26,402 nucleotides of DNA from a virus (Duplodnaviria; Heunggongvirae; Uroviricota; Caudoviricetes), in the IMG/VR virus record IMGVR_UViG_2541047828_000003, positions 1-26,402 of that record; one strand, 5' to 3'. A program made the position numbers and the translations under genes. Positions within the stretch are counted from its first letter, which is position 1. Each line of letters starts with the position of its first letter. The notes under the pieces are model-generated. The model ran no database searches, was not told where the DNA came from, and saw nothing but the letters and a program-made list of their open reading frames with translations. Positions 8,261-17,793 of the stretch are shown here, in pieces.

Positions 8261-9475
8261 GTGAAACTCAATGCCCGTCAAATAGACACAGCCAAGCCAA
8301 AAGAGAAGGCTTACAAGCTGGCCGATGGTGGCGGTTTGTATCTCTTGGTAAAACCTAATGGAGGTAAATACTGGCGACTTAAATATCGTGTAGCTGGTAA
8401 AGAGAAGCTATTGGCACTAGGTGTGTATCCTGAGGTTACTCTAGCCGATGCTCGGGCAAAACGTGAAGATGCGAAAAGAGGTATCGCTGGTGGTATCGAT
8501 CCGATGGAAGCGAAACGAGAGGAAAAGATTGCCCGGGAAACGCAGTTAAACAACACCTTCAAAGATATTGCCCTTGAGTGGCACAGCAGTAAATTAAAAA
8601 AATGGTCTGCTGGTTATGCTTCAGACATCCTCGAAGCCTTCAACAAAGATGTGCTCCCTTACATTGGCAAAAAACCAATCGCCGAAATCAAACCACTTGA
8701 ACTTCTGAATGTGCTGCGGCGCATCGAGGGGCGAGGTGCTACAGAAAAAGCCAAAAAAGTGAGGCAGCGGTGCGGGGAAGTTTTCCGCTATGCAATAGTC
8801 ACTGGTCGCGCAGAGTATAACCCTGCACCAGACCTTACTAGCGCGATGCAAGGCCATGAATCTAATCATTACCCTTTCCTTACAGCCAAAGAATTACCTG
8901 ATTTTTTCAAGGCATTGTCCAGTTACTCAGGAAGCGCATTGGTTGTTATGGCGGCTCGTCTACTGATTATCACCGGCTTGCGAACTGGCGAACTACGTGG
9001 CGCATTATGGGATGAAATTGATTTCAACAAGGCTATCTGGGAGATACCCGCTTCACGTATGAAAATGCGGCGGCCTCATATTGTGCCATTGTCTGAGCAG
9101 GCTCTTTCGCTTATTGGGAAGATTAGAGAAATAACAGGCAATTACCCTCTTATGTTTCCCGGGCGCAATGATCCAAGGAAAACAATGAGTGAGGCCAGCA
9201 TAAACCAAGTGTTTAAGCGCATTGGCTACGCTGGACGTGTAACTGGTCATGGGTTCCGGCACACTATGAGTACGATTTTGCATGAGCAGGGCTATAACAC
9301 TGCGTGGATAGAAACACAGCTCGCTCACGTTGATAAGAACTCAATTCGTGGCACATACAACCATGCGCAATATCTGGATGGAAGGCGGGAGATGCTTCAA
9401 TGGTATGCCGACTATATGGATTCTCTCGAGCATGGCGGAAATGTGGTGCATATGGTGTTTGAAAAACACGCATGA
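8261..9475 (+). CDS. int: P4-family (IntA/IntS-like) tyrosine integrase, 404 aa, GTG start
   Basis: Blocks 'RQRCGEVFRYAIVTGRAEYNPAPDL', 'GHGFRHTMST', 'QLAHVDKNSIRGTYNHAQYLDGRREMLQWYADY' match remembered P4-type integrases; SD GGAGG upstream. Confidence 0.92.
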   Translation: MKLNARQIDTAKPKEKAYKLADGGGLYLLVKPNGGKYWRLKYRVAGKEKLLALGVYPEVTLADARAKREDAKRGIAGGIDPMEAKREEKIARETQLNNTFKDIALEWHSSKLKKWSAGYASDILEAFNKDVLPYIGKKPIAEIKPLELLNVLRRIEGRGATEKAKKVRQRCGEVFRYAIVTGRAEYNPAPDLTSAMQGHESNHYPFLTAKELPDFFKALSSYSGSALVVMAARLLIITGLRTGELRGALWDEIDFNKAIWEIPASRMKMRRPHIVPLSEQALSLIGKIREITGNYPLMFPGRNDPRKTMSEASINQVFKRIGYAGRVTGHGFRHTMSTILHEQGYNTAWIETQLAHVDKNSIRGTYNHAQYLDGRREMLQWYADYMDSLEHGGNVVHMVFEKHA

Positions 9476-9902
9476 AACAACTGGACAAGTGTACAGAGGT
9501 TTACTAAAGTATAGGGGAGTAGATTGATAAAAACTCACAGAGGATTGCTATTTAACAGTTAGCCCTGGAGAAGGGCAATCGCTCTTTTATAAACGAAGGT
9601 GTATTGAGCCTTCTACGCTGCTGAAAAGCGGAATGTTCTTTAACAGGCTTTGGCGCTGACAAAGCGCAATTGTTCTTTAAAACTACTGGATGTCACGCCT
9701 AATAGCGTGATCCTGCCGAAATGCAGGGTAGCTCTACCCTTGTGGAGCAAACAAACCAAAACAATCTGACTATCTTTTATAAAAAACCGCAATATGTTTT
9801 TCATATTGTGGTCTTTGGCGTATTCGACATTTGACGCAAATAAAACTCTCGCCATTCGTTGCAGGAGGGGGTTATTGCGTCATTAGTACAGGATATTAAT
9901 AA

Positions 9903-10106
9903 ATGGCTAATTACAATTCATTAATTCGTCTCTCTGAAGTTCAAAGGCGAACTGGTTATAGCAAAGCATGGATTTATCGTCTTATTAGTCAGGGGAGGTT
10001 CCCTAAACAGGTAAAAATTGGAAGTCGGGCTATTGCTTTTGTTGAGTCTGAAATAGATGAATGGATTGAGAAGTGTATATTAGAATCTAGAGACGAGGTG
10101 GCCTGA
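9903..10106 (+). CDS. alpA: AlpA-family (excisionase/MerR-like) regulator, 67 aa
   Basis: 'IRLSEVQRRTGYSKAWIYRLISQGRFPKQVKIGSRAIAFVESEIDEWI' fits the AlpA HTH pattern; located just downstream of int. Confidence 0.85.
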   Translation: MANYNSLIRLSEVQRRTGYSKAWIYRLISQGRFPKQVKIGSRAIAFVESEIDEWIEKCILESRDEVA

Positions 10107-10537
10107 TGGAAAAGAAAAACCGCCCATTACAGGCGGCTAATTCAGATATTCGCGTATCTGATATTACGCCCCTTACAAAATCCCTTCAAGCACCAAAGCG
10201 CACACCGAAAAAGCATCGTGCCCGAGTCTATATGCTGCGTACTGGTATAGAGGGATGGACAGAAAACGACATTCTTCGCTACTGCCGTCTGTCTTCTGGT
10301 CGTAACTATGCAACAGAGTTAGAACGCCAGCTTGGAATCACTCTGGAGCGTATCGACGAAAAGAATCCTGATGGTATCGGAACACACCTTCGCTACCGTT
10401 TCTCCTGCCGTGGTGATGTTCTGAAAGTGATCACTCATATTAACCATCTTGCGAACATAAATGATCACAACGGACTTTCTCAGCAGGAAATTGCCGACAT
10501 TCTGAAACTCTACCCGGACGCGTTTAACGCCGCTTAA
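10106..10537 (+). CDS. Hypothetical protein (143 aa)
   Basis: Start overlaps the alpA stop (TGATG); SD GAGGTG. Confidence 0.55.
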   Translation: MEKKNRPLQAANSDIRVSDITPLTKSLQAPKRTPKKHRARVYMLRTGIEGWTENDILRYCRLSSGRNYATELERQLGITLERIDEKNPDGIGTHLRYRFSCRGDVLKVITHINHLANINDHNGLSQQEIADILKLYPDAFNAA

Positions 10538-10549
10538 CGGAGACTGAAA

Positions 10550-11383
10550 ATGAACATCGAAAAAAGCAGATTAATTTCTGAGGCCGCCCCTCATCTGAAC
10601 GCCTCTCTGAGCACAATTAACGGTAATGAATTTGCCGCAATTGTCCCGGTTATTCCTGGTCATATCGGTGGGCGTGAAACCAATATTGTTAGCGCAAAAG
10701 CGTTACACAAAGCGTTGGGCGTGGGAAAAGACTTCTCTACATGGATCACTGATCGCATCTCTGAATATGACTTCACCATTGGGCACGATTACTCAGTCCA
10801 TAAAACTATTTCCCCAAATTTGGGGAAAAGCCCGAATGGCGCGGCTTACAGCAAGATTAAGCAGTCTGGCAGACCCGGCAAAGACTATCTGTTAAGTGTC
10901 GGAATGGCGAAAGAACTGGCAATGATCGAACGCAATGATCAGGGTCGCGCTATCCGCCGTTATTTCATCCAGTGCGAGGAAGAATTACAGCGTAGCGTTC
11001 CTGAAATCGCCGCCCGCTATCGTCGCCAGCTAAAAGCCCGTATCAGTGCCGCAAACAACTTTAAGCCAATGTGCGATGCGCTGAATATGGCCCGTGCCGA
11101 GCAGGGGAAAACGACGCAGCAACACCACTACACAAACGAGAGCAATATGATTTCTCGTATCGTTCTTGGTGGGCTAACTGCTAAGCAGTGGGCGCGGATA
11201 AATGGCTATTCTGGCGAACCTCGCGACCATATGAACGCAGAACAGCTTGAGCACCTCTCATATCTCGAAAGCACCAATATCACGTTAATTGATATGGGCA
11301 TGGAATATGAGCAGCGCAAAGGAGAACTCACCCGCCTGTCGCAACGCTGGCTCGCTAAGCGTCTGGAGGCGGTCCATGTTTAA
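10550..11383 (+). CDS. Phage antirepressor-like protein (Bro-N / KilA-C type), 277 aa
   Basis: SD GGAGA; C-terminal region 'DYLLSVGMAKELAMIERNDQGRAIRRYFIQCEEEL' resembles KilA-C/Ant domains (from memory). Confidence 0.55.
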   Translation: MNIEKSRLISEAAPHLNASLSTINGNEFAAIVPVIPGHIGGRETNIVSAKALHKALGVGKDFSTWITDRISEYDFTIGHDYSVHKTISPNLGKSPNGAAYSKIKQSGRPGKDYLLSVGMAKELAMIERNDQGRAIRRYFIQCEEELQRSVPEIAARYRRQLKARISAANNFKPMCDALNMARAEQGKTTQQHHYTNESNMISRIVLGGLTAKQWARINGYSGEPRDHMNAEQLEHLSYLESTNITLIDMGMEYEQRKGELTRLSQRWLAKRLEAVHV

Positions 11384-11558
11384 GCCGACAGGAACATCAC
11401 AACCTCAAAAACGCTACAAAGATGCCCACGGAGCACTCGTTACTGTCGAAAGCGTGTCTCACAACCAAGTGACGTTTTATCGCGACGGGTATCAATCGCC
11501 ATGCGTACAACCGCTGGCACGTTTCATGAAGGAGTTCGCGGAGGTTAACAAATGCTAA
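11376..11558 (+). CDS. Small hypothetical protein (60 aa)
   Basis: In ORF-track frame 11289..11558; ATG at 11376 overlaps the upstream stop (ATGTTTAA); the longer N-terminal extension would overlap the upstream gene. Confidence 0.45.
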   Translation: MFKPTGTSQPQKRYKDAHGALVTVESVSHNQVTFYRDGYQSPCVQPLARFMKEFAEVNKC

Positions 11559-12619
11559 CCGCCCAGAAGAAGATATTTTCACTGGCTGGCATGTCGCCAA
11601 AATCCAGTAATATGACGGCAAAATCAGGCATTAATACAGCAGATACAAGCAAAGTTTATCATTTGCTGGTGGTAGGAGCGGATGCCTTAACTATGTCAGA
11701 AATCACGGTCGATGGTGTTAGCGTTGAGAAGGTCAGCAGCTGCGCCAGAGAATTTCTGGTCGTAGATGGCTTTCTCTGCTCGCGTAGTGACTCCACAAAA
11801 ACCTTCGTCCACACGCGCGACGTTAACGAAATGAGCGCGATGTATTGTACATCTGGTGCTTCCAATAGTGAGTTTTCGGAGTCCATAAAAAAGAGCTTGC
11901 CGTTATGCGGCAACACGGTTTATGGTTATAAGGCACCTCATAAAACGGGTGCCGGGTTTCGCAGCCCGGAAATGTACGAGGCGACACATGACGCGCCGAG
12001 CGTCTTTTTTTGTGCCGTTAGCCAGACTCACACTTTTTTCAGTGATGCGGTTATAATCCGCGTCGCTTGCAAAATTATGGTGGGCTGGACAGGGCAGCCG
12101 AAAGGCTGGCCGGTTTCCTTGTACGCCGGTACTGCGAACTCTGTTCAGTCCACCACCAGCGAGTTTCGCAGCTCCGGTGGTGGGAAGAATTCCCAGTACA
12201 AGGAGGCTGCCACATGCTGGCTACTACCCCTACCCAAAAACCGCAATTTATCTGGATTATCGCCGCAGTTCGCCGCGATTGCCCGACAATTACCGCCAAA
12301 ATTCATCATATTGCTGCCGAGTCTGAACGCGATGCTCGCCGTTCTCTGGTGCGCGATCACGTCTGCTTTTTTGCTGGTCGTATCCGCATGGAGGTGGCAC
12401 ATGATTAAAACCTACGATGTGCATATGGATCCCCTCGAACGCACAAGCCAGATCATCACACTGACAGAAGTGATTAATGACATTCTGGTGAGCAACTCTC
12501 CCTCACGAGACGAAAAACTGAAGGCGTTACTCGCGATATTGGATCTCGCCGTTCGTGACGTTCATTTCCTGCTGGAAGGTGGCGAAATGCCAGGAAAAAC
12601 GGGGGCAACCAATGAATAA
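11552..12619 (+). CDS. Long open frame (355 aa) of uncertain reality; may be a composite of a shorter gene, structured non-coding RNA and downstream small genes
   Basis: Only open plus frame across 11552-12066 and start overlaps upstream stop (ATGCTAA), but it reads through a terminator-like hairpin and a TATAAT; an in-frame SD+ATG at 12401 could start an independent 72-aa gene. Confidence 0.3.
   Translation: MLTAQKKIFSLAGMSPKSSNMTAKSGINTADTSKVYHLLVVGADALTMSEITVDGVSVEKVSSCAREFLVVDGFLCSRSDSTKTFVHTRDVNEMSAMYCTSGASNSEFSESIKKSLPLCGNTVYGYKAPHKTGAGFRSPEMYEATHDAPSVFFCAVSQTHTFFSDAVIIRVACKIMVGWTGQPKGWPVSLYAGTANSVQSTTSEFRSSGGGKNSQYKEAATCWLLPLPKNRNLSGLSPQFAAIARQLPPKFIILLPSLNAMLAVLWCAITSAFLLVVSAWRWHMIKTYDVHMDPLERTSQIITLTEVINDILVSNSPSRDEKLKALLAILDLAVRDVHFLLEGGEMPGKTGATNE
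11990..12011 (+). terminator. Terminator-like hairpin plus T7 tract inside the long ORF
   Basis: gacgc gccga gcgtc followed by TTTTTTT; short stem. Confidence 0.35.
12214..12408 (+). CDS. Small hypothetical protein (64 aa), alternative frame
   Basis: Strong SD AGGAGG at 12201-12206, 7 nt before ATG; conflicts with the 355-aa frame. Confidence 0.3.
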   Translation: MLATTPTQKPQFIWIIAAVRRDCPTITAKIHHIAAESERDARRSLVRDHVCFFAGRIRMEVAHD

Positions 12620-12806
12620 CTCAATTAATGCCCCTCGACTTACGTCCGCACTTCAATTAATCGAGCAAGCAGCGGCTGTCCTGGTTGCTGTCAGTCTTTC
12701 GGCTGAAGAAATGGACGCTGCTGATGTCGTGGATGCGATTAAAGCGTGCTCATCTTTGGTTAACGATGCTCGTGCAGAGCTGGTAATTCTTGGGGGTGAA
12801 AAATGA
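12612..12806 (+). CDS. Small hypothetical protein (64 aa)
   Basis: Internal ATG of ORF-track frame 12555..12806 chosen because it overlaps the upstream stop and has a G-rich SD. Confidence 0.5.
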   Translation: MNNSINAPRLTSALQLIEQAAAVLVAVSLSAEEMDAADVVDAIKACSSLVNDARAELVILGGEK

Positions 12807-13066
12807 ATATCAACTTAATTTATCGTCATCCGTGTGAGCTGGAAATTGAATCATTGCTGAGCCGTGAAGAGCCATATCCAGACACATTCACTCTTGCAGA
12901 TCGCACGACTGAACGGCTTACCAGAGCGCGCACAGGTCTGGTTCATGTGATGAATGAGATTCTTCCATCGGTGGGAGGGGAACAGGCGACAGTAATCACT
13001 AGCTGGCTACAAAAAGTTACCTCTCTGATAGATATCAGTTTAATCGATGCGGAGAGTGCGAAATGA
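12803..13066 (+). CDS. Small hypothetical protein (87 aa)
   Basis: ATGA start/stop overlap with upstream gene. Confidence 0.55.
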   Translation: MNINLIYRHPCELEIESLLSREEPYPDTFTLADRTTERLTRARTGLVHVMNEILPSVGGEQATVITSWLQKVTSLIDISLIDAESAK

Positions 13067-13284
13067 CCAACATCCAGCTCATTGAAGCACAATGTCGCAT
13101 CGAACAGGTTCAGACTGTTTTAGGGTTCTGGCTTGAAGGGGCCAGCCCCAGCAACAGAGACAAGTTAATGATTGGCGCGGTTATGTCACTGCTCAATGGC
13201 GTACCAGAAGCTATTCAGGAAGCAGACGAATTGTTGGGCAAATATGAGTTACAGAATCATTCAGGCGAGGCGAAACATGAATAA
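13063..13284 (+). CDS. Small hypothetical protein (73 aa)
   Basis: ATGA overlap with upstream gene. Confidence 0.5.
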   Translation: MTNIQLIEAQCRIEQVQTVLGFWLEGASPSNRDKLMIGAVMSLLNGVPEAIQEADELLGKYELQNHSGEAKHE

Positions 13285-13879
13285 TTTCTTAACTTTCCAT
13301 GCAGAAGCAACGCCTGACGGCGTAAACATCATGTACCGCAGCAACGATGGAATGACAGAACGCGTTGAGGCCGTCTCATATATTGATGCCGTAAATCGTC
13401 TGGATGCCGGGGATTATGACGATAAACCAGATGAAGGTATGTCAATACATCTCGCTATAGCCGATGGCGGCAACCAGGGATATTTCGATTACACATCACA
13501 GCATAACGTCATTATGTGGAGATGGCTGATCGCAACAGTATTCATGCTGGAAATGAGAGAGGAAAACGGCACTGTCAGCATCATTGATGATACTGGCAAT
13601 CCTTCCGAAGTGGCTGTTTATTCCAACGGCATCGTCGCCATGCCGCTGTATCCAGTAGCAGAGCGCCTCGCTATGGCAAACAACATTGAGGGCGCGATGA
13701 TAGAACGTTTTGGCATCGAGTCTGGCACAGAACGCGCCATCATTTTCTACAGAGCCATGATGGATGTGGAACAAGGAGCACTGACTCCATTTGGTCGTGA
13801 AACGCTTGCTGAACTTCACAACAGCTTTATAGCTGAACTGAATGAAAACGGCATGCCAGCGGAACCAGTGACGCACTGA
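13277..13879 (+). CDS. Hypothetical protein (200 aa)
   Basis: In ORF-track frame 13172..13879; start at ATG 13277 overlapping the upstream stop. Confidence 0.55.
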   Translation: MNNFLTFHAEATPDGVNIMYRSNDGMTERVEAVSYIDAVNRLDAGDYDDKPDEGMSIHLAIADGGNQGYFDYTSQHNVIMWRWLIATVFMLEMREENGTVSIIDDTGNPSEVAVYSNGIVAMPLYPVAERLAMANNIEGAMIERFGIESGTERAIIFYRAMMDVEQGALTPFGRETLAELHNSFIAELNENGMPAEPVTH

Positions 13880-13889
13880 GGATGGAACC

Positions 13890-14231
13890 ATGATTACTAA
13901 AAATTTCCGACTGAATGCGCTGGCAAATAAGTATGCGTCGGCACTGTATAACCACATTACCTCCACCAGCGGCGGGGACTATTTCATGGTTGATGCGGAC
14001 GGCGAGGCCGTCCGTGTGGAAATCGTCAATGGAGTAAAAGGCGTTCGCAGCCTGATCGATAGCTACACACTAGCAGCCATGAAAGTGTTCTACCCGCAGT
14101 GGGAAACCGTGGGGATCGAGCTTCTTGATCGTTGCGTCACTAAGGACGGATTGACTGACGTCGGGCGTGAGATATGGCAAAGCATGGTTAATGACATGGG
14201 CGCAACTGTAGCGGGAGGTTCTCATGCGTGA
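13890..14231 (+). CDS. Hypothetical protein (113 aa)
   Basis: SD GAGGATGGAA upstream; coupled to the next gene. Confidence 0.55.
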   Translation: MITKNFRLNALANKYASALYNHITSTSGGDYFMVDADGEAVRVEIVNGVKGVRSLIDSYTLAAMKVFYPQWETVGIELLDRCVTKDGLTDVGREIWQSMVNDMGATVAGGSHA

Positions 14232-14595
14232 AAATGCAGAAATGGCGCTTAGCTCCGCAATCGGAGAGCAGGTGGCAAAGATTGCTGGTGCTGTGTGGAT
14301 TCATAACCTTCATTCTACTGGTGAAGAGAAAATGGCAATTCAGACGCCAGAGGGACGCACCATTACTACATCTCTGAAGCCGTCAGATGTTTGTGATCTG
14401 ATTTGCGCATTCATGTACCCAGCAATGAGGACTGCCCACGGCGATAAGTGGAAACTTGCGACAACCGCTGAATTTGATATGTGGCTAAACAATGATGGCA
14501 TGCTGACTGATTACGGAATAACCAAGTGGCAGATGCTGGTTAGCCATATCGCAAACGCTATAGACCACGTGGGGTACGGTGATGCGAAACATTGA
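14224..14595 (+). CDS. Hypothetical protein (123 aa)
   Basis: Overlapping start/stop with neighbours. Confidence 0.55.
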   Translation: MRENAEMALSSAIGEQVAKIAGAVWIHNLHSTGEEKMAIQTPEGRTITTSLKPSDVCDLICAFMYPAMRTAHGDKWKLATTAEFDMWLNNDGMLTDYGITKWQMLVSHIANAIDHVGYGDAKH

Positions 14596-17338
14596 TCTTA
14601 TCCGTCAGGTTATCAGTGCGTCTGAAAACAACTGGCCTCATGTGCTGGGCTGCCTGAACATAAATGTCCCTGACTCTCCGCGCCGTCATGCTCCCTGCCC
14701 TGCATGTGGGGGCAAAGATCGATTCCGGTTCGATGACAACGGGCGCGGTAGCTTCATCTGTAATCAGTGCGGCGCTGGTGATGGGCTGGATTTAATTAAA
14801 CGCGTAAATAACTGCGACACAACAGAGGCGGCGCTTCTTGCCGCTGATGTTCTGGGTATTGATTACCGGACAACGGAAACACCAGAAGCCACCAGCCAGA
14901 AACGGGAACAACTGGAAACCGAGCGCCAGCGACGCGAACAGGAGCGCCTGAAAAGGGCAGAGAAGGACGAACAACAAAGACGGGATACGTTTTCCCGTCA
15001 GTTTGATGACATGCGCAGAAAGGCTGTAAACGGCAAATCTGATTATCTGGTTGCGAAAGGGGTAGGTGATTTTACATTCCCCGTGTTGCCCGATGGATCT
15101 CTGTTGCTGGCGCTGGTGGATAAATCCGGCGCAGTCACAGCAGCACAGACAATTACCTCACATGGTGAAAAAAGACTCCTGACAGGTTCAGCAAAGCGGG
15201 GGGCATATCACGCCATAAACGCACCAGAAACAACACAGAGCATCTTAATCGCAGAAGGGCTGGCAACGGCATTATCTGCCCATTTAATTCGTCCAGAGGC
15301 GCTGACAGTGGCGGCGATTGATGCCGGGAACCTGTTATATGTCGCCCAGGTACTGCGGGATAAATTTCCTTCAGCACAAATCATCATTGCTGCGGATAAC
15401 GACCACAGCGAAGGAAGACAAAACACGGGGAGAATAGCAGCAGAAAAAGCAGCTTTATCTGTTTCTGGATGGGTGGCATTACCCCCGACAGATCACAAAG
15501 CAGACTGGAATGATTACCACCAAAAACACGGCATTAAATGCGCCACAGAAGCGTTCAATAAATCAATGTACCAACCACAGGGTAATGGCGTGAAACAGGA
15601 GCCACAGACCATTGAAGGAAGCGATTTTAAGGTTATGGATACCGACCCACTGAAACCAAGAATAGAAAGCCGCGAGGATGGTATTTATTGGGTATCTCCG
15701 AGAGCTGACAGCCAGAGTGGAGAAATCATCAATAACGAAAGCTGGTTATGTTCTCCGTTAAGCGTTATCGGTACTGGCAGAGACGATAAAGACCAGTATC
15801 TCATTCTGCGCTGGCTGTCGTTTGGTTCTGAAACGCCGACAACCGCTGCCATTCCACTGGCTGATATTGGTGAACGTGAAGGATGGCGCACACTTAAAGC
15901 TGGTGGGGTAAATGTCACGACCAAAAGCAGCCTCAGAGCAATACTGGCAGACTGGCTACAACGCAGTGGCTCTCGTGAATTGTGGCGTGTTGCTCATGCC
16001 ACTGGCTGGCAATGCGGAGCGTACATCATGCCTGATGGGGAAATCATCGGAACACCTGAAAATCCTGTGCTGTTCAGCGGGAGAAGCTCAGCCGCAGCCG
16101 GATATACCGTCTCAGGGAGCGCGAAAAGCTGGCGTGATAACGTGGCGCGTCTGGCCTTTGGTAACTATTCAATGATGACCGGGATCGGCGCAGCACTGGC
16201 AGCGCCATTGATTGGGCTGGTGGGCGCTGACGGGTTCGGCATTCATTTCTATGAGCAGTCGAGCGCAGGTAAGACCACCACGGCAAACGTGGCGAGCAGC
16301 TTATACGGCAACCCTGATTTACTGCGGCTGACGTGGTACGGAACCGCGCTGGGGCTGGCAAATGAGGCCGCCGCCCACAATGATGGATTAATGCCGCTTG
16401 ATGAAGTTGGTCAGGGCGCTGATCCTGTCAGCGTTTCACAGTCTGCCTATGCGTTATTTAACGGTGTAGGGAAACTGCAAGGCGCTAAAGACGGTGGAAA
16501 CCGGGATCTAAAACGCTGGCGTACAGTGGCAATCAGCACCGGAGAAATGGATTTAGAAACATTTATCGCTACTTCCGGGCGAAAAACTAAAGCCGGGCAA
16601 CTGGTGCGACTGCTGAATATTCCGTTGAGTAAAGCAGTACGCTTTCACGATTATCAGAACGGAAAACAGCACGCAGACGCACTGAAAGACGCTTACCAGC
16701 ATCACCATGGCGCAGCCGGGCGTGAGTGGATTAAATGGCTGGCAGACCACCAGCAACAGGCAATTAAAACTGTTCGTGACTGCGAAAGCAGATGGAGAAG
16801 TCTGATCCCATCCGATTATGGTGAGCAGGTTCACCGTGTAGCCGCGCGATTTGCCATTCTGGAGGGCGCATTGCTGTTAGGCGAGGTTGTAACAGGCTGG
16901 GATGCTCAGATATGCCGTGATGCGATACAGCACAGCTATAACGCATGGTTGCGCGAGTTCGGCACAGGTAACAAAGAACATCAGCAGATTATTGAACAAA
17001 CGGAGGCATTTCTTAATGCCTATGGGCTTAGCCGTTTTGCACCATTTCCATACAGCCCGGCAGATTTGCCCATCAAAGATTTAGCCGGATACCGTCAGCG
17101 TGGAGAACATGACGAAAGCCCAATGATTTTCTACACATTCCCGGCCACATTTGAAAAGGAGATCGCATGTGGTTTCAACGCAAAACAGTTTGCTGAAGTG
17201 TTGAAAAAAGCCGGGATGCTAACCCCACCAAACAGCGGTCGTGGATACCAAAGAAAATCACCACGTATTCAGGGACGACAAATAAACGTTTATGTACTCA
17301 ATTACCAGCCGGGAGATTATAACTCATCTGAAGAATGA
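14579..17338 (+). CDS. P4 alpha-like primase-helicase (919 aa)
   Basis: Zn-binding pair 'CPACGGKDRF...CNQCG', Toprim-like 'IAEGLATA' and 'IIIAADNDH', Walker A 'SSAGKTTT'; alternative ATG start at 14582; iteron origin immediately downstream. Confidence 0.9.
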   Translation: MMRNIDLIRQVISASENNWPHVLGCLNINVPDSPRRHAPCPACGGKDRFRFDDNGRGSFICNQCGAGDGLDLIKRVNNCDTTEAALLAADVLGIDYRTTETPEATSQKREQLETERQRREQERLKRAEKDEQQRRDTFSRQFDDMRRKAVNGKSDYLVAKGVGDFTFPVLPDGSLLLALVDKSGAVTAAQTITSHGEKRLLTGSAKRGAYHAINAPETTQSILIAEGLATALSAHLIRPEALTVAAIDAGNLLYVAQVLRDKFPSAQIIIAADNDHSEGRQNTGRIAAEKAALSVSGWVALPPTDHKADWNDYHQKHGIKCATEAFNKSMYQPQGNGVKQEPQTIEGSDFKVMDTDPLKPRIESREDGIYWVSPRADSQSGEIINNESWLCSPLSVIGTGRDDKDQYLILRWLSFGSETPTTAAIPLADIGEREGWRTLKAGGVNVTTKSSLRAILADWLQRSGSRELWRVAHATGWQCGAYIMPDGEIIGTPENPVLFSGRSSAAAGYTVSGSAKSWRDNVARLAFGNYSMMTGIGAALAAPLIGLVGADGFGIHFYEQSSAGKTTTANVASSLYGNPDLLRLTWYGTALGLANEAAAHNDGLMPLDEVGQGADPVSVSQSAYALFNGVGKLQGAKDGGNRDLKRWRTVAISTGEMDLETFIATSGRKTKAGQLVRLLNIPLSKAVRFHDYQNGKQHADALKDAYQHHHGAAGREWIKWLADHQQQAIKTVRDCESRWRSLIPSDYGEQVHRVAARFAILEGALLLGEVVTGWDAQICRDAIQHSYNAWLREFGTGNKEHQQIIEQTEAFLNAYGLSRFAPFPYSPADLPIKDLAGYRQRGEHDESPMIFYTFPATFEKEIACGFNAKQFAEVLKKAGMLTPPNSGRGYQRKSPRIQGRQINVYVLNYQPGDYNSSEE

Positions 17339-17360
17339 GCTTCTTCATGTGCGTAGAAAA

Positions 17361-17476
17361 GGTGTTGGTTCAGTTGGTTCAGTTGGTTCAATTTGTAAAG
17401 AGTATTGTTTTATAAGGATTTTATTCTTTTTATTGAACCAACACTGAACCAACAATACGGTATTTTGAACCAACAC
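17361..17476. repeat. Iteron-type replication origin: GTTGGTTCA x3 tandem (17364-17390), AT-rich spacer, TGAACCAAC x3 (17433-17441, 17445-17453, 17466-17474)
   Basis: Exact 9-mer iterons in inverted blocks around an AT-rich core, directly 3' of the primase-helicase gene. Confidence 0.7.
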
Positions 17477-17793
17477 AATGTGACTGAATTGATGCGCACA
17501 ACACCTGGCTGGCATCAGAGAGTGTTTTACGAGACTTTCGTAAAATCCTGTGTACAAGGGCGTGACGTTTTTGAAAGTGAGCACTACGAAATTTTCGTAG
17601 TTCAGAAAACAGGCCCTGAGAAGTTGTTATGCCTGTTCAGCAAACCATCCGCATAGCTGATCGCGAATCAAATTACCAATGGAGCCAGAAGTAAGGGCAG
17701 AACTGAAAAGCGCCTGCCGTGAAGAGTAATGCGACACCATAAATATAGTTTTTAGAGTCCATAAAAAACCTGTCAAAACCTGACACACAGAAC

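Noticed and set aside
8311..9538. Minus-strand and alternative-frame ORFs within the P4-type integrase gene (8311..8562, 8621..8869, 9053..9328, 9264..9488, 9330..9527, 9341..9538)
   Set aside because: Overlap a confidently identified integrase; no independent support.
11659..11916. Minus-strand ORF (85 aa) opposite the 355-codon frame
   Set aside because: No start context and Ser/Thr-rich low-complexity translation; the plus frame is the better-supported of the two, though itself uncertain.
12401..12619. Walker A-like motif GGEMPGKT at the C-terminus of a 72-aa product
   Set aside because: Too short and terminal to be an NTPase; pattern match by chance.
14792..16946. Short ORFs on both strands within the primase-helicase gene
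   Set aside because: Nested inside a gene with clear domain signatures; GC-rich composition inflates open frames.
17361..17476. Possible CRISPR array
   Set aside because: Repeats are 9 bp, contiguous or irregularly spaced and partly inverted; there are no unique spacers of uniform length and no cas genes.
17345..17656. ORFs 17345..17584 (-) and 17405..17656 (+) across the iteron region
   Set aside because: They lie over the repeat-structured origin and AT-rich spacer with no RBS; open frames here come from the repeat composition.
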